Assembly: GCA_963739865.1 (NCBI GenBank)
Contig: CAVUCA010000001.1
Coordinates: 16,748 to 80,747, forward strand
Source: an uncultured Chloroflexia bacterium
GTDB taxonomy: Bacteria > Chloroflexota > Dehalococcoidia > Dehalococcoidales > UBA2162
Direction of reading: 5' to 3'
Length of the DNA: 64,000 bases
Position numbers and translations under genes: made by a program. Shown one piece after another: positions 19,979 through 28,000 of this stretch. Below the pieces are notes generated by a model that was given only the letters and a program-made list of their open reading frames with translations, did no database searches and was not told the DNA's origin. Each line of letters begins with the position of its first letter. Within the stretch, counting starts at the first letter, position 1.

Positions 19979-20218
19979 TTATTCTTCTTCGGAGTCGCTC
20001 ACGGCGACTACTTCCTTGACCTCGGGCAATTCCTGTTTGAGGATTCTTTCGATGCCCATTTTTAAGGTCATGGTAGAAAACGCTCAGTGGCCGCAGGCAC
20101 CGGTCAATTTTACTCTGACCGTACCGCCTTTTACATCGACCAGTTCTACATCGCCGCCGTCGGCTTGCAGCCCGGGCCGGATCTTGTCCAGGACTCCCTG
20201 GATAGTCTCTTTGGTCAT
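19979..20218 (-). CDS. NifU-like (Nfu-type Fe-S scaffold) domain protein with in-frame TGA at the second Cys of the CxxC motif: candidate selenoprotein (79 codons incl. TGA at 20084-20086)
   Basis: Strong SD AGGAGG 7 nt before ATG 20218; translation [44 protein letters not shown][TGA][34 protein letters not shown] aligns to Nfu C-domain …GxCxxCxxSxxTLKxGIE… with TGA replacing second Cys; ORF continues in frame 34 codons after TGA to TAA; not in ORF track because of the TGA. Confidence 0.6.
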
Positions 20219-20305
20219 GAAAACCTCCTTGGGGTTATCACGGTTGGTCTATAAACCGATATTAACATAACAGATTATTGTGGTCAATTTAGACAACAAA
20301 CCGGA

Positions 20306-20779
20306 TTATTTTTCCGGCTGGTTTGGCCGGCAGCCGGCAGGAGAAACCGTCAGCACCGGGATGTGAGAATGACGTACCACTTTTTCCGCCACGCTGCCCA
20401 TGAACCACCGCCCGATGCCGGAACGGCCGTGGGTACTCATGATGATAAGGTCGACCTGATTGTCTTCGGCATATTTCATGATCGTATCCCCCGCCCAGCC
20501 CGTCACCACCTCCGCTTTCACCGGCAGGCCATCCTTCTTCAGGTTTTCGGCGGTCTTGGCGATGTATGTTTTCGCCGCAGCTTCCACGTCCCGCATCAAG
20601 CTGACGGTATCGATGCCGGCTTCAGCATAGGAAGCCATATCGGCGGCATGGATCGGCTCCACTACTCTCAACAGGATAATTTCCGGGACCTGGCATCCCC
20701 GGGCAATCGTCTTCACATGTTCCAGACTGCACTCGGAAAACTCGGACCCGTCCAGCGGTGCTAATATCTTATTATACAT
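20306..20779 (-). CDS. universal stress protein UspA family
   Basis: 157 aa; MYNKILAPLDGSEFSECSLEH…DLIIMSTHGRSGIGRWFMGSVAEKVVRHSHIPVLTV (ATP-binding G-2x-G-9x-G(S/T) motif); SD AAGGAG. Confidence 0.85.
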   Translation of the reverse strand: MYNKILAPLDGSEFSECSLEHVKTIARGCQVPEIILLRVVEPIHAADMASYAEAGIDTVSLMRDVEAAAKTYIAKTAENLKKDGLPVKAEVVTGWAGDTIMKYAEDNQVDLIIMSTHGRSGIGRWFMGSVAEKVVRHSHIPVLTVSPAGCRPNQPEK

Positions 20780-20811
20780 ACGTGCTCCTTTTTATAATAA
20801 ATGATTCTATT

Positions 20812-21123
20812 TTACCTGGATATTTTAAGTTGCAGGCTTCTCAATTCGCCGGCGGACTTGATATTTACCCCTTTCAAGGGGGAGACCATGCCAAAGAAGG
20901 TGCTTTTCATTATTTTCCGGACGAATGTGTTGACAACGACGGCTTCACCATTCAGTATGATGCGGATGTCATCCCCATCAAGGGTTAGATCCAGGTCCTT
21001 GACCGGCCCGGTGCCGTCCAGCGATGCCAGCATGCCGCACACCGTGTGTTCAATAAAAGAATCGACAAACCGTTCGAAGTTGATATCTATCCCATTTACC
21101 TGCAGACAAATCCGGCTGGCCAT
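20812..21123 (-). CDS. hypothetical protein (103 aa)
   Basis: ORF with SD GCGGAGAAAAG; balanced composition, no recognised family; opposite-strand ORF 20801-21301 is S/P/R-rich and rejected. Confidence 0.45.
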   Translation of the reverse strand: MASRICLQVNGIDINFERFVDSFIEHTVCGMLASLDGTGPVKDLDLTLDGDDIRIILNGEAVVVNTFVRKIMKSTFFGMVSPLKGVNIKSAGELRSLQLKISR

Positions 21124-21263
21124 CAGTGCTTTTCTCCGCTTGATTCCTACACGTATTGTTATTATACACGAATATCCCCGGGGATGGGCCGGTTATTGTG
21201 AAAGCGGAAAACCTGAAGATGATGGCCGGTTTCACCTGGGAACACGGGTGTTGCCGTTAATCA

Positions 21264-21297
21264 CAAAGGGCTCCCCGAATCACCGGGAAGCCCTTTG
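21264..21297 (-). terminator. hairpin downstream of lipoprotein gene (CAAAGGGCTCCC-CGAATCACC-GGGAAGCCCTTTG), weak U-tract
   Basis: 12-bp near-perfect stem 24 nt after stop of 21322-22179 gene; followed by TTGTT on plus / TGTGATT on minus strand. Confidence 0.4.
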
Positions 21298-21321
21298 TTA
21301 AAAACCCCGTGTTTGGTTAAT

Positions 21322-22179
21322 TTACTCTGTTAAAGACTGTTCGGCGGCATTTGCCGCTTCCGGCGGGAGAACGATGGTTACCGGTTGATTGTAGCCGGAG
21401 TACTTGACGGTCATGACCATATCGATAATCATCTGCTCATAACCTTCGGTACTGCTGCCGAAGTCTTCCTCGTTCATTTCCATGAGGATGGTCATTTCCA
21501 TCTTGGCCGGAAGATAAGTATCCACGGCCAGCCACTCGGTGATGGACATCGACTTAAACACTTTGGATAAGTCAACATCTGCCAGGGCGTCAGCCCCGGT
21601 TTGAGCGCCTAGTTGAGAACCGATAAAGTCGGTCAATGCGGCCATGTCCGGCGTGATTTCCAGCATATAGCATTCGATGCCGTCGACGTTCCCCTTTCCC
21701 AGGGACGTGGTCTTGACGGCGGTTTTCAACAACTGTATCTGCTGCTCGAGTTGGTTCTGCTGCGTCCACATGCTGTCGTCCAGCCTGGACTTGATCCATT
21801 GTTCGGCAAGTCCGGCCATGCCTATTTTCATGTACATCCAGTCATCGACAATGTACATATCAGTTGATATATTCTGAGCCCCCAGTTCCGGGATATCCAT
21901 GTCCAAAGTTATCGCCATCGCCATTTCGGTTTCCGGGATGTTCACCAAGCCGTTAGCCTTCATATTCATCTGGTAGCTGACGGGTTCTTCGCCGCCCACC
22001 GCGTCCAGGTCCATGGTCATATCCATGTCCATTTTAACCGTGGTTATAGCGTCGTAAGCGCCAAGCGCATTAGCAACGATCTGTTCTTCACTAAGGGAAG
22101 CAGTACTGCTGCAGCCCATCACGGTGACGAACAGGACCAGAGACAGGGATACCTTCAAGATTTGCCTGATAAAAGCCAT
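21322..22179 (-). CDS. putative lipoprotein (signal peptide + lipobox LVLFVTVMGCSS)
   Basis: 285 aa; N-terminal MAFIRQILKVSLSLVLFVTVMGCSSTAS; Met/Asp-rich mature domain, no family recognised. Confidence 0.7.
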   Translation of the reverse strand: MAFIRQILKVSLSLVLFVTVMGCSSTASLSEEQIVANALGAYDAITTVKMDMDMTMDLDAVGGEEPVSYQMNMKANGLVNIPETEMAMAITLDMDIPELGAQNISTDMYIVDDWMYMKIGMAGLAEQWIKSRLDDSMWTQQNQLEQQIQLLKTAVKTTSLGKGNVDGIECYMLEITPDMAALTDFIGSQLGAQTGADALADVDLSKVFKSMSITEWLAVDTYLPAKMEMTILMEMNEEDFGSSTEGYEQMIIDMVMTVKYSGYNQPVTIVLPPEAANAAEQSLTE

Positions 22180-22291
22180 TAAACCTCCTTAAACCATAAA
22201 GACAAGTAAATTCAGAATAGAAGACTTGAAAGCCCTCATATTTTCGATTCTATCTATGTGATATAATCCGGTCAATCACCAGAACGTACCT

Positions 22292-23146
22292 TTGACATCA
22301 CGGACGGTAGTGGGTATAGTGGCTTTTGTGTTCAAATTAAGACGAATCCCGGCCTTTCTGATAGTACTAACGTTTATCCTGATTTCCTGTACCGGCGCCC
22401 CGCCCGGCACCACCACGGCCGCTCCGCAAGCGGCGGCAGAATATGAGTACCAGGTGGTCAAATCCTACCCCCACGACCCGGCGGCTTTCACCCAGGGCCT
22501 GGTTTTTACAGCGGGTCAGCTTTATGAAGGGACGGGCCTGGTGGGGCGGTCATCAATACGGCGGGTGGAACTGGAAACGGGAGCAGTTTCGCAGGCCTAT
22601 GACTTGCCGTCGCCTTATTTTGGGGAGGGCGTTACGGTTCTTGACAGCCGGCTTTACCAGTTGACATGGCAGTCGTATACCGGTTTCGTATATGATCCGG
22701 CAACCCTGAAAAAGTTAAGCGAGTTCACTTACAAGACGGAGGGCTGGGGGTTGACCCATGACGGCAAACACCTGATCATGAGCGACGGGACGTTGACCCT
22801 GTATTACCTGGATCCGGATACCCTGCAGGTTAACCGCCGCCTGGAGGTGCAAAATGTCCCGCAGCATCTCGGTACCGTCAAACTCAACGAACTGGAATAT
22901 ATCGAGGGCAGGATATACGCTAATGTCTGGCCGTCGTCTTATCTCGTCATCATCGATGCCGGAACCGGCCGTGTCACCGGCTGGGCCGACCTGTCGGGAT
23001 TAATCCCGGAGGTCCCGGCAGGTACTTCGATAGATGTCCTCAACGGCATCGCTTACGACACCGAAGGCAAGCGGCTGTTCGTCACCGGCAAGTTATGGCC
23101 GCGGCTGTATGAGATCGAACTTATTCCGGTTTCAGTAGTTAAATAG
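22292..23146 (+). CDS. glutaminyl-peptide cyclotransferase (plant/bacterial beta-propeller type glutamine cyclotransferase)
   Basis: Y…VVKSYPHDPAAFTQGLVF…LYEGTGLVGRSSIR…SPYFGEGVTV…LYQLTWQSYTGFVYD…WGLTHDGKHLIMSDGT…LNELEYIEGRIYANVW propeller-blade motifs of the QC family; N-terminal signal/lipobox LISCTG. Confidence 0.8.
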   Translation: MTSRTVVGIVAFVFKLRRIPAFLIVLTFILISCTGAPPGTTTAAPQAAAEYEYQVVKSYPHDPAAFTQGLVFTAGQLYEGTGLVGRSSIRRVELETGAVSQAYDLPSPYFGEGVTVLDSRLYQLTWQSYTGFVYDPATLKKLSEFTYKTEGWGLTHDGKHLIMSDGTLTLYYLDPDTLQVNRRLEVQNVPQHLGTVKLNELEYIEGRIYANVWPSSYLVIIDAGTGRVTGWADLSGLIPEVPAGTSIDVLNGIAYDTEGKRLFVTGKLWPRLYEIELIPVSVVK

Positions 23147-23187
23147 CGAGATTATCTTATAATGGGAATAGCGAGAGAACGGCACAT

Positions 23188-24231
23188 ATGGAAACAGTAC
23201 TGCTGGGACTGAATACGGAAGAGCTTAGCCAGCTGGCTCAGGAAGAGGGGGCACCGGGGTACCGCGGCCGGCAATTGGCCGAATGGATATACCACCGGCA
23301 CGCCCACGCCTTTGAGGAGATGACTGATTTGCCGGCGGAGCTGCGGTCGCGGCTGGCAGGAAAGTACCGGGTCGGCCGAGCCGGCCTGGTGACGGCCCGC
23401 CGGAGCCGGGACGGAACGGTCAAACTGCTCCTGAAAATGGGTGATGGGGCGCAGGTGGAAACGGTGGGGCTGCCGTATGAAGCCCGGTTTAGCTGCTGTG
23501 TTTCGACCCAGGTCGGCTGCGTGGTCGGCTGCCCTTTCTGTGCTACCGGATTAGGCGGCTTCATCCGCAACCTGACGGCCGGGGAAATTGTGGGGCAGGT
23601 ACTGGCAGTGGAGGAGGCGACCCGGGACGGGCAGTCAAGCCGCGAACGCATCGACCATGTGACCTTCATGGGGATGGGCGAGCCGTTGTTCAATTACGAA
23701 GCCGTCCTTAAAGCCCTGCATCTGCTCAATGTGGAAAAGGGCATCGGAGCCCGGAACCTGACCGTAAGTACGTCCGGTTATATCCCCGGCATCCTTAATC
23801 TGGCGCAGGAAAATCTACAAATCACGCTGGCTATTTCCCTGCACGCAGCCACTGACGAACTCCGCCGCCGGCTGGTTCCCGGCATGGCTAAGTGGACGGT
23901 CGGAGAACTCATCGACGCCGCCCGGGAGTATGTCCGCCGGACCGGCCGTAGGATCACCTTTGAATACTGCCTGCTGGCCGGGGAAAATGACAGCCTGGAG
24001 CAAGCCCGGCGGTTGGCCCATTTACTGCACGGATTGAACTGCCACGTGAACCTCATCCCTTATAACCGGGTGTCCGAACTCGGCTTACAAGCTTCGCCGG
24101 ACCAACAGGTCCGGGCATTCCGCGAGTTGCTGGCGGCGGCCGGCATCCAGGTCACCCAACGGCAGGAAAAAGGGGTGGATATCGAGGCAGCCTGCGGCCA
24201 ACTGCGCCGCCGTACCGGTAATCACCCGTAA
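23188..24231 (+). CDS. rlmN: 23S rRNA (adenine2503-C2)-methyltransferase RlmN (radical SAM)
   Basis: 347 aa; …CCVSTQVGCVVGCPFCATG (CxxxCxxC), MGMGEPLFNYEAV, C-terminal conserved …AACGQL. Confidence 0.9.
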   Translation: METVLLGLNTEELSQLAQEEGAPGYRGRQLAEWIYHRHAHAFEEMTDLPAELRSRLAGKYRVGRAGLVTARRSRDGTVKLLLKMGDGAQVETVGLPYEARFSCCVSTQVGCVVGCPFCATGLGGFIRNLTAGEIVGQVLAVEEATRDGQSSRERIDHVTFMGMGEPLFNYEAVLKALHLLNVEKGIGARNLTVSTSGYIPGILNLAQENLQITLAISLHAATDELRRRLVPGMAKWTVGELIDAAREYVRRTGRRITFEYCLLAGENDSLEQARRLAHLLHGLNCHVNLIPYNRVSELGLQASPDQQVRAFRELLAAAGIQVTQRQEKGVDIEAACGQLRRRTGNHP

Positions 24232-24375
24232 CCATCAGATGCCCCCCGGCTCATCCCGCCCCGCCTCCCTGTCATTGTGAGGTACGAGCGCAGCACTCTG
24301 AACTTGTTTCAGAATCCAGTCGGTACCGTCATGAAAGAGGTTAGCTCCTTAGTAATCCGTACTGCCTAAATGATT

Positions 24376-25023
24376 TTAAGGTTGGGCTTGACCGGAATAA
24401 TCATTAGTGCACCGCTCAAACCATCCGGACACCATGCAGATGCTATTTTCCTGTTGCGCCTGGGATTCCCGGCGGGCGGCTGCCCAGGCCCGGATATCTG
24501 CATCCGGTACGGCAAGCTGTTGTGCGACTTCGATGGTACGTTCGGTGACGATGCGGCCGTGGAAATCAAAATGGTCGACCATCGCCTCCACCCCCCGGGC
24601 GATCGCTTCCATACGGCCGGCTGCAGGCGGGACTTGCAGTGCGCCCGGCCGGGGATTTTCTTTCAGTACCGCCTCCACCCGGCGGCAGACATCCTCGATG
24701 GTAAAAGGTTTCACCAGGTAGTCGGCGGCCCCTTTTTTCATCGCCCGCACCACGGTCGCGGCATCGTTGAGGGCAGAAACTATAATGACCGGCAGATTGA
24801 GCCGGGATACTTTTATGATATCGAGCATCTCCAGGCCGGACATCCCGGGCAGCATGATATCCAGCAATACCAGGTCAAAGGAATACCGGGACAACAACTC
24901 CAGGGCCCGGCCGGTATTCACGGCGGTGACACAGGAGCAGTCCCTGGGCGCTAAAATATCGCCCAGGACCTTGCCGACAAGCGGTTCGTCATCGATAATC
25001 AAGACCCTGGTATTCTCAGTCAT
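24376..25023 (-). CDS. response regulator (REC domain + ~95-aa C-terminal region of unknown type), immediately downstream of giant surface-protein gene
   Basis: RVLIIDDEP…DLVLLDIMLPGMSGLEML…PVIIVSAL…DYLVKPF; SD AAGGAG; 63-nt gap to upstream gene. Confidence 0.8.
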   Translation of the reverse strand: MTENTRVLIIDDEPLVGKVLGDILAPRDCSCVTAVNTGRALELLSRYSFDLVLLDIMLPGMSGLEMLDIIKVSRLNLPVIIVSALNDAATVVRAMKKGAADYLVKPFTIEDVCRRVEAVLKENPRPGALQVPPAAGRMEAIARGVEAMVDHFDFHGRIVTERTIEVAQQLAVPDADIRAWAAARRESQAQQENSICMVSGWFERCTNDYSGQAQP

Positions 25024-25086
25024 CAGCCTTTTCTCCTTAACCGGGCCGGAATTTTGCTACGGTATTACTACTAAAGCGATTAATCT

Positions 25087-28000
25087 TTAAGCTTTCGATG
25101 CCTGTCTCCGTTTCCTTAACAGTAAGATGATAAGAATGATCACAACCAGGACGATTCCTATGGCTGCAGTAAGTAACCAGTTGATCCTTCCGCTGGTATT
25201 ACCGGAGATAGTAAAGCTGCCAGCCAGGCTGCCGGCCGCTACTTGATAAATACCCGGTTCGTCCCGGACAACGGTAAAAACGACCGTCCGGTTTTCTCCG
25301 GCAGCCAGGTCAACGGCCTTTTCCTCTACAGGTACGCCGTTTATCCGGAGAGCCAGGATATAACTACCCGGGGTACCACCGGTATTTGCCAGCGTAACCG
25401 ACACCTTGATAGTAGAACCGGGGTGGCTTTCCGGTACATCGATAGTTAAGTTCGTGACGGAAAATGCCGCCGGGGCCGGGGCTTGCGGAGCGGTAACGGT
25501 AAAGATTCCGGCCAGGCCGTCGATATCGACATGATATTCACCGGGGATTTCCCGGGTGACGGTGAAGACCACCGTACGGCGTTCGCCCGCAGCCAGGTCT
25601 AGCGGTATTTCAGTTGTTTTCACACCGTTGATCACCAGGATAGAGGTATGACGGCCGGCTGAACTACCGTTGTTGACAACGGCTGCAGTGATGGTAACCG
25701 CTTGTCCGGGGGCAACTGCAGCCGGGGAAACTGATAAAGAGGAAGAAGTAAAAACCGCCGGCGGGATTGAAAGCACCGCAAAAGTAGTGAAGTGGGCGAT
25801 TTCTGCAGTAATGGTATGCCGGGTAGTATCCAAGGTGCAGTCCAGATACATCCAGACCCCGGTAGCCTCATCATAATAAGCCCAAACCAGGGCTTCATCG
25901 GAAATCACGGCAGGGAGGGTATCGTTTGTGTAATCATATTCCAGGACAGCATAAGGACTAAAAACAGCACCGGTAGGCCCGAAGTTATAAGCCGTCCCGA
26001 TGATAGAGGCGCCGGTAGGGGTGGCGGGTGGACTATCGTTTACGGTGCCGGTTAACGAGGCGAGGGGCAGGCCTTTATGATCTCTGGCTTGAGCCCCAGC
26101 CGGGATGGAGAGGGACAAGCGTCCGTCGGCAGACACTAACTTGATGTCGGAAACGGCCTTGCCGTTTAGATCGAGACTATAGAAAGTCCGGGTACCACAG
26201 AAGTCGGCCTGGAGATAATTTACCACCGGCACGGCCGGAAGTGGGGCAGGGAGCAACGACGTAGTGGAGGCGACGTACACCGACATATGGTCGAGCAACA
26301 GGCCGATGGTATACATCTCCCCGGCCAGGCCCAGCACGGTGCCGCCCGGTTCGTAGGCGGTGCCGTCGACCGTTCCTGATTTCCCGGCCAGTTCATAATG
26401 TCCGGTTAGCTTATTCCGGTAATAGATATAAGGCCGGCTGCCGGCGGCTACTGTTACTACGGCGGTGAAGTCCTGGGAGAAACTGACCTGCTGTTCCGGG
26501 TTGCCCATCTCGATCACCACCGCCGTTGGCGGCAGGGTACTTTGCATTTCGGTATCTGGTTTCACTATCCGCGGCGGGTAAATTACACCGCCATAAATCT
26601 GGCCGGCAGCGTCCGTTAAGGCTGTCCCCGGCGGGATAACCACCTCTACCGCCGCTTCCATCCCGGAATCCGGTACGGCCCCGGCCGCAGTGGTCAACGT
26701 CACCTGCACCGGGATAGTGCCTCCCGCCCCCGGTTCGATGATGCCGGCGGTGCTGATCTCCTGTCCTCCTTCAAGCCCGGCCGGCTCCGGGGCCATCACC
26801 GTGTATTTGACGGTGCTAACCGTGTTCGTACCTGCAGCCGTGGTCACCTGTACGTCGTAAGTGCCTTCCGTCAGGGCAGGAAAATCGGCGGTGATGAAAG
26901 TGCTGCTATTAACCGTGAAGCCGGCAGCGGTATGGCCGCTCAAAGCAACCGCGGCAGCCCCGGCGAAATTCGCACCATATAAGCGCACTCCGGCTTGCGG
27001 GTGGCCGCTGACGGCAATGCCGGGTATCAAATTGGTCACCACCGGCAGGGGCTCTGGCAGGGCATGCACGGTGTACGCTGCCGTGCTCAGGAGAGATGTC
27101 CCGTAAGCGTTACTGATACGGACGTAATAACTCCCTGGCGGCGTCCCCGTTGCCACCGTGGCCGTGATTTCGCTGTCGCTGATGACGTTTACGTCTGCCA
27201 GTGACAACACGTTTTCCCGGCCGACCAGACATACTACCGCGGCTCCCCCGGCTGCAAAATTACACCCCGTCGATATGAGGGTCCGGTCCCGGCCGTTGTC
27301 CCCGTCCGGCGGGTTAAGGCCGGTCACCAACGGTACACGAGCGGTAGTGGCCAGGCTGACCACGTTGCTGACAGGCGAGGTGTTCGGTATCTCGTCCTGA
27401 ACTTTGATGGCGAAGTAGTAAAGGGTGCCTGGTTTCAGGCGGCCGACGGTGAACGATTCCGTTTCTCCACCCGCTGCCGGCGATAATTTATTATGTACTG
27501 TGTCGGCGGCAGCGAAGTTGCCGTCATCAATGGGAGAGGTAGACTGTTTGATGATATATTTGCGGGCAAAGCCGGTGTCCCCATCATCTCCGGTGGCGGT
27601 CCAGGTCAATAACACACTGGAAGACGCAGGGTCACCGGCCGAAACAGCCAGACTAGTGACGGCCGCCGGGGCAGTGTGATCGGGCGCATTGGTACTCAAC
27701 GTCGACGCTTCGAGATAACTGATGCCCGACCGCAGTTCGCCGTCGACTACACTCAGCCCGAAATAATATTTCGTCCCCGGCTGCAATCCTTTCACCAGCA
27801 TCTGCTGAGCCGTATTTTCCGGGACCGGTTCACCGGACATACATTTCGCTTTCGTCCAGGTTGCCGGGGTATCCAGGGGCGAGGTGTCATAACGGAAGTC
27901 GTACCGGTCGCCCTTCCAGATACCGCCCCCCGTCCATGCCAATACCACCGCATCACAGGCCGCCTGGCCGGCCGAAGGTGCGGTTGGTGCCTTCAGGTGC

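Noticed and set aside
20801-21301. 166-aa plus-strand ORF
   Set aside because: Ser/Pro/Arg-rich, overlaps the better-formed minus-strand 103-aa ORF and the terminator hairpin; no SD.
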